Origin: an uncultured Gemmatimonadales bacterium | Lineage (GTDB): Bacteria > Gemmatimonadota > Gemmatimonadetes > Longimicrobiales > RSA9 | NCBI GenBank assembly: GCA_963741945.1 | Contig: CAVUKA010000005.1 | Coordinates: forward strand, 320,001 to 384,000 | Length of the DNA: 64,000 bases | Direction of reading: 5' to 3' | Part shown: positions 9,629 to 20,041 of the stretch, in pieces | Layout: the number at the start of each line of letters is the position of its first letter | How positions within the stretch are numbered: position 1 is the first letter of the stretch | Notes under the pieces: generated by a model | Told to the model about the DNA's origin: nothing | The model's database searches: none | The model's input: the letters and a program-made list of their open reading frames with translations, nothing else | Program-made: the position numbers and the translations under genes

Positions 9629-11041
9629 TTACCGGTCCCAGTTGAAGCGCAGGGCATGAGGTACCCGCGAGACCACCCAACGGAACTTTCCCGAGGGCTC
9701 CCGGGGAATGTTCTCGACCCGCTCGATCTCGACCCTCATGCCCTTCCCGACCCGGTCCATCAGTGCCCGGAGCAGCCCCGCCTCCTCTTTCGGACCGAAC
9801 GACTCTCCCGCCACTACGTAGACATCAAGCCTGTCAGGCGCCGTCTGCACTATCTGCGACTCCCGGATCTGATCGAATGGCTTGAACGGGTGGGTTAGCA
9901 CCGAGGGTGACAGGAAGCGGCCGTCGGCTGTGACTATGATGTCCTCGGCCTTCGTCGTGATATCTTCGATACGACGGAGGGTCCTTCCGCAGGGGCACGG
10001 ATCCTCGATCATGGCGGAGACGTCGCTCGTCCGATACCGGATCAGCGGCATGGCGGTGTTGTGGAAGGATGTTCCCACCAGAAAGCCGACCTCACCAGGT
10101 TCCACAGGATTATCCTCCTGGTCGACCACCTCGGTGTAGCCGTATTCGTCCGCGAGGTGCTTCCCCGAGTGGTGCTCGCACTCGGCCGCGAAGATCGTGC
10201 GCTCGGCATGACCATAGAAGTCGAAGATCGGGCAGCCGAACGCGGCCTCGATCGCTTCTCGCTGCACGTCGTGGAGCGTCTCGGAGGACGTGAACACGGA
10301 TGCCATTGGCAGAGTCTCGCCGTGGTCGCGAAGATGGCGGGCGATAATGTAGAGGGTGGACGGGTAGCCCTCGAGAAACCGCAGACCTCGCCGCCTGATC
10401 TCTCCTACGTAGGCACCCAGATTTCGAGGCTGGAGATGAAAGCTCGAAAACCACACCTGCCGTTGCACGTGGTTGGCCCGCCAGAAGGGAGGCTCGTCCT
10501 GCTTTGTCGGGACGATCACTCGCCCCAGGAATACGCCGATCCAGTCGCCATCGCGGAGCCCACCCCACGCCTTCTGGCGAGCATCCACGGCATTGGTCAT
10601 GATGCAGGTGCTGCGATCGTACCACAGGGAGAGCGGAGCGCCCGTGGTTCCGCTGGTGTGGCCGTGGAGCCACCCCTTTACGGGTCTTTCCGCGCTCCGC
10701 ATCTCGGGGCCGTGGGCTCGCACCTCCTCCTTGGTCAAAATCGGCAGGCGGGACCAGTCGCCTGCACCCTGTAGTCCCTCGGCATCGATGCCGTGCTCCA
10801 CGAGCCTGCGAGCGTAGAAAGGACTCCGGGTCGCCGCAAAGCGGAGTATTTCCCGCAGCTTCCGGTCGCGGACGGCATCGAGGTCCTCGCGCGGCGCCCG
10901 TTCGCTCTGAAGAAGGTCCCGCAGAGCCCGTCGGAACGGCGGCCCGTAGCGGTGCGCCTCGATTCGAAGGGCATGGGCGTTCAGGAGGATCTTCTGCGCC
11001 CAGATTGGGGCATGCCGATACAACTTTTCAGCAGCACTCAC
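9629..11041 (-). CDS. Phenylacetate-CoA ligase-like adenylate-forming enzyme (CapK-like)
   Basis: Motifs LPILTK, TSGTTG, GYPS, SSE, YGHAE, N-x-AMPLIRYRTSD, CPCGR, SGKFR. Confidence 0.85.
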   Translation of the reverse strand: MSAAEKLYRHAPIWAQKILLNAHALRIEAHRYGPPFRRALRDLLQSERAPREDLDAVRDRKLREILRFAATRSPFYARRLVEHGIDAEGLQGAGDWSRLPILTKEEVRAHGPEMRSAERPVKGWLHGHTSGTTGAPLSLWYDRSTCIMTNAVDARQKAWGGLRDGDWIGVFLGRVIVPTKQDEPPFWRANHVQRQVWFSSFHLQPRNLGAYVGEIRRRGLRFLEGYPSTLYIIARHLRDHGETLPMASVFTSSETLHDVQREAIEAAFGCPIFDFYGHAERTIFAAECEHHSGKHLADEYGYTEVVDQEDNPVEPGEVGFLVGTSFHNTAMPLIRYRTSDVSAMIEDPCPCGRTLRRIEDITTKAEDIIVTADGRFLSPSVLTHPFKPFDQIRESQIVQTAPDRLDVYVVAGESFGPKEEAGLLRALMDRVGKGMRVEIERVENIPREPSGKFRWVVSRVPHALRFNWDR

Positions 11042-11277
11042 TCGTCGACTGCATGTCCTGTGGAAAGATCCGGTGGCCGGAGGAGGCGTTCAGGTCAAGA
11101 TACCATCGGCCATCGAGAAGGAGAACGGTCGCGTTCGCCTGCTGTAGCATGGCAGCAGAAGTGTCTCGCTTCTGGTGCAGCAGAAATGAAAGGTGCAGGA
11201 TGTAACGTGGGGCGCCGGGACTCGGACGGAGCGGGGAATCGCTCGCATGCGTCTAGGCAGAAATGCGGCGCGTGCAG

Positions 11278-12042
11278 TCATTGATCGGTTGAAGAACGGG
11301 AAGATGAGCCTGGTTGGGAACGACGGGGGGCATCAGCCTTCCGCTCCTCGTACTCATAGCCGAAGTAGGCGATTTCGCGGGCGAACATCCTGGCGATCTT
11401 GTCCCTGTCCGGCGGTGACAGCAGTTCCGAATAGCGCCGCTTGTCCTTCCGGGCTTTCGCCTTTGTTCTCGGCAGCACCGGGACCTCGGGAAGGTCCAGT
11501 CGTCCCGCCAGATCCGTCAGGCTGTCGTTCAATCGCTCATAGCGATACACCCGGTCCACCACGATCTCGTTTCGAACGGAATACAGCTCGAAGCCACGGA
11601 TCCAGTTGGCGTGTCCCGACTGTGTCCATTCCGAAAGCCCCTTCATCGAAGGCGACAATCCCCTCCACGCGGCGTTCCAGTAGTAGGCGGACACGACCTT
11701 GTCCCATGGATTGCGCTCGAACGCGAACTTGAAATACTCTTTCCAGACCTCCGGAGCCACGTACTGCCGGATGAACGAAGCCCCCGCGTGGTTGAAGAAA
11801 TGTAGGCGCTGCCGGCGGTATGCTGCGCGTAGAACATCGCCTGCGCCGTAGCGCCTGAACGGAATGTGGTAGTTCTGGGCGCCGCGGTAGCCCAGCGCAG
11901 CCCGCTTCTGCTCATCTTCCGGGACCAGCGGCGTGATCACGTCATGGGGGCCGCAATATTTCGACAGGGCGATCTCGAGGCTCGTCCCCGCGGTCTTCTC
12001 CGTCTTGATGAAGATGAACCTGTGCTTGTGGGAGAGGATCAT
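11278..12042 (-). CDS. Sulfotransferase family 2 (CHST/HNK-1ST-like)
   Basis: 5'-PSB motif FIKTEKTAGTS, 3'-PB motif RNPWDKVVSAY, RYERL, C-terminal EIAYFGY. Confidence 0.85.
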   Translation of the reverse strand: MILSHKHRFIFIKTEKTAGTSLEIALSKYCGPHDVITPLVPEDEQKRAALGYRGAQNYHIPFRRYGAGDVLRAAYRRQRLHFFNHAGASFIRQYVAPEVWKEYFKFAFERNPWDKVVSAYYWNAAWRGLSPSMKGLSEWTQSGHANWIRGFELYSVRNEIVVDRVYRYERLNDSLTDLAGRLDLPEVPVLPRTKAKARKDKRRYSELLSPPDRDKIARMFAREIAYFGYEYEERKADAPRRSQPGSSSRSSTDQ

Positions 12043-12282
12043 GGGTTCTCGCGGTGGCTCGCCTGGGATCACGGGACACGGATACAAGGATCAGGCCTGG
12101 GAGCGACGCTAGACATAGTGCGCCCCGTAGAACAGCGCGGTCAAGCGAAGCCACATGGCCGCCGGCGCGCCGCGGGGCGGCCTCCGACGCCGCTCTCGCA
12201 CTGACCGGCAGTTGGCAGAACCCGGCCGCTCGGCTACACTACCACGCCTCGACGCTCGAGCACGACCAGCCTCTTGTGATCC

Positions 12283-13167
12283 ATGCCGAAGAAGCCCAAC
12301 CTGTTTCTCATCGGGGCGGCGAAGTCCGGCACGACCTCGCTGCACCATCTCCTGAGCACTCACCCCGCGATCTTCCTGAGTGAGCCCAAGGAACCCGGGT
12401 TCTTCGTGCCGGAGCTGACGTACTATCCCGCGGACGCCGACTGGTACATGAGCCTGTTCGCGGCCGCCGGCAATGCGGTCTATCGCGGGGAATCGAGCAC
12501 CCATTACACGAAGCTTCCCTTGTATCGGGGCGTGGCGGCGCGCATCGCGGCATTCGTGGACGAGCCGCCCCGGTTCATCTATCTGATGCGGGATCCCGTC
12601 GACCGCACCCTGAGCCACTACTGGCACAACGTCCGGAAGCACCAGGAACACCGCCCTCTGGAGGCCGCGTTCCGGGAGGTGCCGGAGTACACGGCGGTGA
12701 GCGATTACCCGATGCAGCTGGCGCCGTACTTCGAGGAGTTCGGCCGGGACGCTGTGTTCGCCGCTACCTTCGAGGAGCTGGTCGCCGAACCGGATCGCAC
12801 AGTGCGGAGCCTCCTGAGCTGGCTCGGGCTGGACCCGGCGCTCCCGAGGGGAGGGCTGGAAAAACGCAATGCGCGACCCGAACGCTTCACCCGGCTCCGC
12901 GGCCGCGGCCGGCTGGACCGGTTCGCCCGGTCCCGGCTGTGGGATCGTCTATCCCCTGGCGTCCCGCAGTGGATCAAGGCTCTCGGCCGCCGGGCGGGCT
13001 ACCGCCCTGCCGCACCCGACGAGGAAGCAATGGAACGGGCGGTGGAGCAGCTGCGGCCGGAGATGCGCGCCATGGCCGAGCGCCTGGGGGTGCTGCTCGG
13101 CCGGTCCTTCCAGGATTGGACCACCACCTTTTCCGCGGAGCCCGCTCGGACGGGGCCCGACGATTGA
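12283..13167 (+). CDS. Sulfotransferase (heparan-sulfate sulfotransferase-like fold)
   Basis: Motifs IGAAKSGTTSL, KEPGFF, GESSTHY, RDPVDRTLSHY. Confidence 0.88.
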   Translation: MPKKPNLFLIGAAKSGTTSLHHLLSTHPAIFLSEPKEPGFFVPELTYYPADADWYMSLFAAAGNAVYRGESSTHYTKLPLYRGVAARIAAFVDEPPRFIYLMRDPVDRTLSHYWHNVRKHQEHRPLEAAFREVPEYTAVSDYPMQLAPYFEEFGRDAVFAATFEELVAEPDRTVRSLLSWLGLDPALPRGGLEKRNARPERFTRLRGRGRLDRFARSRLWDRLSPGVPQWIKALGRRAGYRPAAPDEEAMERAVEQLRPEMRAMAERLGVLLGRSFQDWTTTFSAEPARTGPDD

Positions 13168-13180
13168 CCGCGCGGTGAGC

Positions 13181-14344
13181 ATGCCGGGTGTCTGCATCTA
13201 TCAGCGATACATGCCGCCGGATGCCAGTGGCGCGGGGAAACAGGCGCTGACCCTGGCGCACATCGTTCGGGAAGCGGGGTGGGACGTATCGCTGCTCACG
13301 GACGGCGCCCCCGACCAAGCATCGACCGGGTTCCTCGAGGGGGTGCCCATCCGGCGGGTGGCGGCCCTCCCGGCGGACGCGTCCCATGCTGTCACGCTCG
13401 CCTATTGGGCCCGGATCGCCCGAGCATTGCACGGCCTCCGTCGCCGGTTTGATGTGCTCCACGTCCATTCCGCGGCGTTCCATCAGGCGGGAGCGATCCC
13501 GGCGGCCAGAGCATTGGGCAAGCGAGTCCTCGTGAGATCCAGCCTTTCGGGGGAGTTCGCCGGGCTTGCCCGCTCCCGGAGCGGGCGTTTTCAGAAGCGC
13601 CTGCTCCGCCTGGCCGGGGCGTTCGTGGTCCTGAGCAAGCGGCTCGGCGAGGAGTACCTCGCCAGTGGCCTGCCGCCGGGCAGGCTGCACCGCATCCCCA
13701 ACGGAGTGGACACCACCGTGTATCACCCGGTCCCCGACCCTCGGAAGAGGGAGCTCCGGCGGGAACTCGGCCTGCCGACTGACGGGCGGCTGATGGTCTT
13801 CCACGGCGTGTTCATGGAGCGGAAGTCTCTGCACTGGCTGGTGCAGGTGCTGGATCCGCATCTCGAGTTCCTGGACCTGAAGCTCCTGCTGGTGGGAGGA
13901 GCCGCCCGCGACGAGCACAGAACAGCGTACGCTCGGCGGCTGACATCGCAGATCGACGAGTCAGCGGCCGGAGACCGGATCATCGTCCGCGGATACGACC
14001 CCGAGGTCCACCGGTACCTACAGGCGGCCGACTCGTACATCCTCCCCTCCACGGGCGAAGGCCTGTCCAACGCGCTGCTGGAGGCCATGGCCGTGGGACT
14101 CACGCCCGTCGTCACCCGGACGGGCGGGTCGGAGGACGTCATCGAGGACGGCATCTCGGGCCTCCTGTTCGATCCGCGTGACCCCGATTCGCTCCTCCAG
14201 GCCCTCTACGCCGCCTACGGCACATCCCCGTCCGTGGACCCGGTGGCCATCGGCCGGGCGGCCGCGGAGCGAGTCGAGAAGCGGTTCAGCATCCGGTCCA
14301 CGGGGATGGAGTACGTCCGCCTGTATCAGGAGCTGACGGCATGA
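13181..14344 (+). CDS. Glycosyltransferase family 4
   Basis: Motifs IPNGVD and PSTGEGLSNALLEAMA. Start chosen at ATG 13181. Confidence 0.88.
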   Translation: MPGVCIYQRYMPPDASGAGKQALTLAHIVREAGWDVSLLTDGAPDQASTGFLEGVPIRRVAALPADASHAVTLAYWARIARALHGLRRRFDVLHVHSAAFHQAGAIPAARALGKRVLVRSSLSGEFAGLARSRSGRFQKRLLRLAGAFVVLSKRLGEEYLASGLPPGRLHRIPNGVDTTVYHPVPDPRKRELRRELGLPTDGRLMVFHGVFMERKSLHWLVQVLDPHLEFLDLKLLLVGGAARDEHRTAYARRLTSQIDESAAGDRIIVRGYDPEVHRYLQAADSYILPSTGEGLSNALLEAMAVGLTPVVTRTGGSEDVIEDGISGLLFDPRDPDSLLQALYAAYGTSPSVDPVAIGRAAAERVEKRFSIRSTGMEYVRLYQELTA

Positions 14345-15222
14345 CGCGGGAAGCGAAGCCGCCGGTGCAAGACGGCCCCGATTTCGTCTGCATCGGCGCG
14401 CAGAAGGCCGGTACCACCTGGCTCTACGACAACCTCGCCATCCAGCCGGGGATATGGCTCCCGCCCGTGAAGGAGCTCCATTTCTTCAACACCATCTGCG
14501 CCAACGAGGAGCTGCTGGGTGTGGAAGAGCGCAGCTGGACGGGGCTGCGAGAGCGGTATTCGCCTCTCCTCCAGCGGCCCTCACCCTCCGTCTGGCGCTG
14601 GCTCCGCCGGTTCTACGACGAACCGCGGACCACGCGCTGGTATCGATCCCTCTTCCCGGCCGGGCTGGTCCGGGGCCGACTCGCCGGCGACATCACGCCG
14701 GCCTACTCCACCCTCGACGAACGCGGCGTGTCCCTCGCGCGCCGCGTCCTCAGGCCCGGAGCCCGCCTCCTCCTGCTCGTCCGGGATCCCGTGGACCGGG
14801 TCTGGTCCGGGCTCAAGATGATGTATCGGTGGAAGGGGCGGGATGTTCAGGAGACGGACCTGGACGCCTTCCTGGCGCAGATGGATCACCCGACCCACCG
14901 CCTGCGAACCGATTATCCGCGCATGGTCCGCCTCTGGCGCGCGGCTTTCGGTGACGACTTCCAGGTCTTCCTCTACGACCGGCTCGTTGCGGCGCCTGGC
15001 GATTTCCTCCGCGCCGTGGGTGACCACATAGGTCTGGAAGGGACGCTGGACACATCGCGGCTGCGTCGGCGGTCGAACCGCGATCCGTCGAGCCTCCCGA
15101 TCCCGCCGGAGCTGGAAGCGATCCTGCGCGACCGCTTCCTCCCTCAGGTCGAGGAGCTGGCCGCGCTCGTCCCCGGCGTGGAGGAAGCATGGCTGGAACG
15201 GGGTGCCAGCAGCTCGTCATAG
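14341..15222 (+). CDS. Sulfotransferase
   Basis: Motifs IGAQKAGTTWL, KELHFF, DITPAYS, RDPVDRVWS. ATGA overlap with the upstream GT4. Confidence 0.88.
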   Translation: MTREAKPPVQDGPDFVCIGAQKAGTTWLYDNLAIQPGIWLPPVKELHFFNTICANEELLGVEERSWTGLRERYSPLLQRPSPSVWRWLRRFYDEPRTTRWYRSLFPAGLVRGRLAGDITPAYSTLDERGVSLARRVLRPGARLLLLVRDPVDRVWSGLKMMYRWKGRDVQETDLDAFLAQMDHPTHRLRTDYPRMVRLWRAAFGDDFQVFLYDRLVAAPGDFLRAVGDHIGLEGTLDTSRLRRRSNRDPSSLPIPPELEAILRDRFLPQVEELAALVPGVEEAWLERGASSSS

Positions 15223-16307
15223 AGGCTTTCGTACGCGTCCAGCATGGACTCCAGCGAGAACCGGTCCCGGACCGTGCGCTGCGCCCGCACGGCCAGCTGC
15301 GCAGCCCACTCCGGATCTTCCGCGCACCGCCGCAGCCCCGCGGCCAGCGACTCGGGGGAGCCGGGAGCGACCAGCACTCCGTCCTGCCCGTCCGTGATGA
15401 TCCCTTCGGGACCGCCCGACCGCGTCGCCACAACGGGGGTTCCGGCCGCCATGGCCTGAATGGCGGCGATGGAGAAGCCCTCCGTGCTCGAGCTGATGGC
15501 GAGGACGTCGAACGCCGCCAGGATCTCGGGAACATCCTCCCGGAAGCCCCAGAACGAAACGCGATCCTCGAGACCGAGCTGGCTGCGGAGAGCCAGCAGC
15601 TCTCCGTACAGCGGCTCCGTCCGCTCTCCCACGATGGCGAAGCGGAGACGCGGGTCGTCGCGGAGGATCGCGGCCGCCCGCAGGAGCGTGGCGTAGTCCT
15701 TCGCCGGACGCACGTTCCCAAGTGCCCCCACCAACACCGCACCTACCGGCACGCCATGCTCGCGCCGCACCACTTCGCCGTCGGCGCTGCCGAACGCGCG
15801 CATGTCCACGCCGTTGTGGATCACGCGCGCCCGATTCGCGGGGACCAGCCCCGTCCGTGCCAGCTCCCGGCCGAGTGATTCGGATACGCAGACCACTCGC
15901 GCCGCCCGCGCCAGGAGCCGGAAGCGGAGCCTGCGACCGAAGCTGCCGGCATCGATGTCGGAATTGCCGTGGAACGTGGCCGCCACGGGCGTCCCCGTCC
16001 AGAGGCCGACAGCGCTGGTGTAGACGGCGGGGCTGAACAGGTGCGCCTGGATCAGGCGGATGTCGTGGCGCCGGACCAAGGCCGCCATGGTACGGGCGTA
16101 CCGCACGTCCAGGCGGCCTTCCGTCGGCAACAGGTCCACGGGGAGATCCAGCTCCCGCACCCGGTCCAGCACCCACCCCCTTCCAACCACCGCCATCCTC
16201 GGCTTCCACCCCCGACCACGCAGCCCATCGGCCAGCTGCAGGAACACGGTCTCCGCACCCCCGGGCCCCGTGGTGTCGATGACGTGGAGAACGGGCGTGT
16301 CCGTCAT
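15144..16307 (-). CDS. Glycosyltransferase family 4
   Basis: Start MTDTPVLHV with ATGA overlap. Motifs GPGGAE, TFHG, IHNGVD, PAKD, SSSTEGFSIAAIQAMA. Confidence 0.9.
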   Translation of the reverse strand: MTDTPVLHVIDTTGPGGAETVFLQLADGLRGRGWKPRMAVVGRGWVLDRVRELDLPVDLLPTEGRLDVRYARTMAALVRRHDIRLIQAHLFSPAVYTSAVGLWTGTPVAATFHGNSDIDAGSFGRRLRFRLLARAARVVCVSESLGRELARTGLVPANRARVIHNGVDMRAFGSADGEVVRREHGVPVGAVLVGALGNVRPAKDYATLLRAAAILRDDPRLRFAIVGERTEPLYGELLALRSQLGLEDRVSFWGFREDVPEILAAFDVLAISSSTEGFSIAAIQAMAAGTPVVATRSGGPEGIITDGQDGVLVAPGSPESLAAGLRRCAEDPEWAAQLAVRAQRTVRDRFSLESMLDAYESLYDELLAPRSSHASSTPGTSAASSST

Positions 16308-17641
16308 CCCGCCGCGGCTCGCCCCAGCACCGGCGCTCCACCGGTCACCATCTGCGGGGCCCCGCCCCGACGCACCGCCGCCAGGTAGCGCCGGCGGTGC
16401 CCACTGACCGCCGCATGCAGCGAAACGGTCATGGCCAGGTTGATCCAGAAGAACGGGTAGTACAGCACGGTGACGAAGAACCCGCTGGCCATGTACCCGA
16501 TGAGCGCACCATCCAGGCCGTACGCCATGTGCCGCATGAAGGACGTGTACGTGGGCACGCTGCCCAATAATCTTCGCGTGTCGAAATTGACCCAGAACGT
16601 GGCGGCGATGAGCGCCAGGAATCCCAGCAGCCCCGTATACCCCAGCTCCGCCCACGCCTGGATGAAGATGTTGTGCGGCAGGTGACCGTCGAAGTACGTC
16701 CCCCAGTTGTTGTAGCCGATCCCCAGGACCGGATACTCGTTGGCGATCTCCACGCCGTCCTTCCACCGGTCCAGCCGCGCCACCGACGTCTTGTCCTCGC
16801 CCGCCGCGTTGAAGCGCGCCTTCTGCTCCGGCGGCACAATGGCCCACGTGACGGCCGCGAGCAGCACGATGGCCGTCAGCCCTCGCACCCGGTGCTTCGA
16901 ACGCGCCACCCACCACATCCCCACCACCCCCGCCCCCACCAGCGCGCCCCTCGATGACGAGGCCACGATGCTGATGATCGCCGTGAACGGGAGGAAATAG
17001 AAGAAGAGCCGCGTCCAGCGCCCCCAGTGCGGCCGCAGGGCCAAGATGAACTCGACCACCAGCGGCAGGAAGACGCACATCTGGATCCCGAACTCCCCCG
17101 AGTTCTGGAACCAACCGGGCGCCCCCGTCGCCCCCCAGCTGACGAAGCTTCCCCCGCTCAGCACCCAGCCCTGGAAGCCGTGCTGCGACATCTTGAAGGA
17201 GTACAACAGGAACGCCAGCATCAACACGAAGAAGCGCTTCTCCGTGTTGATGATGTTCGTGATCAGCAGATAGATCAGCACCCACGAGTAGTACAGTTGG
17301 AACTGGGCGTAAGACGCCGCCGGACTGTACGCGGTGATGGCGGACAGGAGAACGATCACCGAGAACGCCAGGAGCAGCGGCCCCGCGATCGTGTGCAGCC
17401 TGGGCAGCTTGCCTTCGAACAGGAGCACGATGGTGGCCAGGATTAGCGTGGTCTGACCCCACGGCAGGACATCGAGGGCGGGCCAGACCTGCTGCGGCCG
17501 GACGTACTCTATGAAGAGATAGAAGTTGATGAGCCAGAACGATGCCGGCTGCGTCAACAGGTACCGCCAGATGGACCGGACGTTCACGCGGAAGAGCGCG
17601 GGTACCGGCTGCTGCCGCTCTTGAGTCGCTGCGGAGGCCAT
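16304..17641 (-). CDS. O-antigen ligase/Wzy_C family membrane protein (putative O-glycosylation ligase or polymerase)
   Basis: Multi-TM protein with SSSRGA, S-xx-R-xxx-W, P-x-LGIG and PHNIFIQ-xx-ELG-xx-G. Confidence 0.85.
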   Translation of the reverse strand: MASAATQERQQPVPALFRVNVRSIWRYLLTQPASFWLINFYLFIEYVRPQQVWPALDVLPWGQTTLILATIVLLFEGKLPRLHTIAGPLLLAFSVIVLLSAITAYSPAASYAQFQLYYSWVLIYLLITNIINTEKRFFVLMLAFLLYSFKMSQHGFQGWVLSGGSFVSWGATGAPGWFQNSGEFGIQMCVFLPLVVEFILALRPHWGRWTRLFFYFLPFTAIISIVASSSRGALVGAGVVGMWWVARSKHRVRGLTAIVLLAAVTWAIVPPEQKARFNAAGEDKTSVARLDRWKDGVEIANEYPVLGIGYNNWGTYFDGHLPHNIFIQAWAELGYTGLLGFLALIAATFWVNFDTRRLLGSVPTYTSFMRHMAYGLDGALIGYMASGFFVTVLYYPFFWINLAMTVSLHAAVSGHRRRYLAAVRRGGAPQMVTGGAPVLGRAAAG

Positions 17642-17655
17642 CGGTTACCCCCCGG

Positions 17656-19443
17656 TCAGCGGCCGCTCGCCGCTGACACCTCGCTCCCGGAGGCGTCCAC
17701 GGCCGTGATCCGTCCATCCACCAGCTCGATCACCAGGTCCGCCGTCTGCCTCAGCGCCGGCTGGTGCGATACCGCCAGGATCGTGACCTTCCCTTTCAGC
17801 CTGCGCAGTGTCTCCAGGATGCCCGCCTCGGTTCGGGTGTCGAGGCCCGTGGTCGCTTCGTCCAGCACCATCAGCGTGGGGCGCTTCACCAGCGCCCGCG
17901 CGATCGCAAGCCGCTGCCGCTGCCCCCCCGAAAGGTTGGAGCCCTGCGGGGAGATGAGCGCATCGATCCCGGCGGAGTTCCGCGCTACGAAATCCCACGC
18001 TCCCGCGTCGCGCAGCGCCTTCTCGACTCTCGCATCATCGATGGACTCATCCCCGAGGGTGATGTTGCGCCGGATCGTGTCATGGAAGAGGAACACTTCC
18101 TGCGGAACGTAGCCGATGCGGCTGCGCCAGGCGGTCAGATCCAGCTCCCCCAGGGCGATCCCGTCCACGAACACCTCACCGGCCTGCGGGCGCTGGAGCC
18201 CGGTGATCAGGTCCAGGATCGTGGTCTTCCCGCTTCCCGACTGACCGAGCAACGCCGTCATGCGCCCCGCCGGGATCACCATGTCCAGACCGTCCAACAC
18301 CTGAAGGTCATCGTAGGCGAAGTCCACCTGCTTCAGCTCGATCCGGTCCCGCAGACCGTCGATCCCCTTGTCGCCGGTGTGCGCTTCGGCCTCCCGCTCG
18401 GCCGCCTCGATCTGGTCCCGGAGCTGCCAGAACGCCCCCTCCCCGGTGGTCATCACCTGGTACTGCATCTGAAGGGTCCTGAAGTTCGTCATCAGGCGGT
18501 AGAAGATGAACGCCAGCACGATCACCGAGGAGAAGGAGCGGTCGGTCAGCATCAGGAGCCCGACCAGACCGGCCGTGAGGAACAGCGTGATGATCGGCTC
18601 CTGGAACAGGCGCAGCGATTCCGCGGCCACCACCCTCGCGCGCTGCGCCTCGTTCAGGCCCTGCGCCTCATCCTCCAGCAGGGGCCAGAACAGCTCCTCC
18701 CGCGCCATGGCCTTCATGGGCTTGATGCCCTGGAGGGCGTCCATGAGACGGCTCGTCAGGCTCCGCGTCAGCCGCGCCTGCTCCTTCCCCGCCGCCCGGC
18801 TCATGGCCACGAACCGCCGCAGCGCGATCACCAGCGTCACGCCCAGCACCAGCGCCACCACCGTCACCTGCCACGAGATGGCGGCCGAGATCAACAGGTA
18901 CACTGCGATCTGGGCAAACGACGCGATGACCGAGCACGCTTGCTGGTAGGCGGCAGCAGAGGCCACCGCCTCGCTGCTCACCCCAGCCGCGAACCGACCG
19001 ATCGGCTGGCTGCCGAAATAGTGCCAGCGGGCCCGGAGCACGGCGCGCACCAGCCGGAGCCTAAGGTCGAGCGTCACCCGCGCAACCGTGTAGCCCACTT
19101 CCCGCATCCCCAGCCAGATCAACACGGCCTTCAGCGTGATGGCCAGGACGATGAACGCGGCCAGCACCGGAAGGCTCGGCTGGAGCCCCAACGTGTGGAG
19201 ACCTTCCGCCATGAACTGACCAAGCCGCGAGTGCGGCCCCTGGCCGCGCCCGATGGCAACCTCCAGCAGAGGCAGCAACGCTACCACGCTGATCCCCTCT
19301 AGCATTCCCGCCAGGATCAGCAGCGCGATCATCACCGCGCTCCGAAGCTTGTACGCCCGGAAGAAGTAGAAGAAGAAGGACAGCCTTCCGTGGCGAGGCG
19401 TCTCCTCCATGGTTCCTGCGGATTTCACGGTGGAAACAGTCAC
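17656..19443 (-). CDS. ABC transporter permease/ATPase (PglK/MsbA-like lipid-linked glycan flippase)
   Basis: N-terminal TMD, Walker A GQSGSGKT, Q-loop YVPQ, LSGGQ signature, VLDEAT, SH. Start may be ATG 19410. Confidence 0.88.
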   Translation of the reverse strand: MTVSTVKSAGTMEETPRHGRLSFFFYFFRAYKLRSAVMIALLILAGMLEGISVVALLPLLEVAIGRGQGPHSRLGQFMAEGLHTLGLQPSLPVLAAFIVLAITLKAVLIWLGMREVGYTVARVTLDLRLRLVRAVLRARWHYFGSQPIGRFAAGVSSEAVASAAAYQQACSVIASFAQIAVYLLISAAISWQVTVVALVLGVTLVIALRRFVAMSRAAGKEQARLTRSLTSRLMDALQGIKPMKAMAREELFWPLLEDEAQGLNEAQRARVVAAESLRLFQEPIITLFLTAGLVGLLMLTDRSFSSVIVLAFIFYRLMTNFRTLQMQYQVMTTGEGAFWQLRDQIEAAEREAEAHTGDKGIDGLRDRIELKQVDFAYDDLQVLDGLDMVIPAGRMTALLGQSGSGKTTILDLITGLQRPQAGEVFVDGIALGELDLTAWRSRIGYVPQEVFLFHDTIRRNITLGDESIDDARVEKALRDAGAWDFVARNSAGIDALISPQGSNLSGGQRQRLAIARALVKRPTLMVLDEATTGLDTRTEAGILETLRRLKGKVTILAVSHQPALRQTADLVIELVDGRITAVDASGSEVSAASGR

Positions 19444-20041
19444 TCGCGCTCGTCGGCTTCAGGGGATGCGTAGTCGGCTTTGCGTATCGCCATAGTGCGA
19501 AACCGCGGAATCTTCACTGTTTCAACTTACCGCGCAGCAATGCCCAGCACCACCGGCCGACGGCATCGGCTCATGGCCGATGAGTCTCTTCGAATACCGC
19601 TGCGGAACACCCCAGCATGGATTGGATTGCAGAACGAGGGCCAGTATTCCATCTTTCAGCCTCCGCTGGCGCGCAGGGCTTCTCGCCGAGGTCGATCAAT
19701 GCACGTGATTGGTCGAGAATCCGCGTATGCCCATCGACTCCTGTTCAGGACCCATCAAGTCTGGAATGTGGTGCAATTGCCAACCGGCGGTTGCTGATCT
19801 CTTCCATGAACCCGCCCGGAGCTTTTGAGCCGCTTCCCAGTCCTAGTAGCCGGTGGTCTTCTCCCCAGAATTGAGTCCGGGCAGGGGCCCGTTTAGGAGC
19901 GTTATCTTCGCCTCGGACCCGGAGTCTCAGGAGAGTTGAAATGAGAAGGCCGCCCTCGGCTGGTCGCGGCGTCACCTAATATCAGGGCGCCAAGATGGTT
20001 GACCATTCACGGGCTCGAGGCCCAGATGCCGGAGGACGGCC

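Noticed and set aside
15144-17717. 857-aa ORF as one protein (likewise 24947-26860, 56052-58460, 33150-34904, 73-1917)
   Set aside because: Only the C-terminal parts carry family motifs. The N-terminal extensions overlap neighbouring genes, so starts were moved downstream.
19932-19934. AGA as target-site duplication or core (19932-34 and 21377-79)
   Set aside because: The guide matches (ATAGAAG, CAGCT, AGAG, TCCGCGCCT) all agree on an AG core at 19934-35 and 21380-81.
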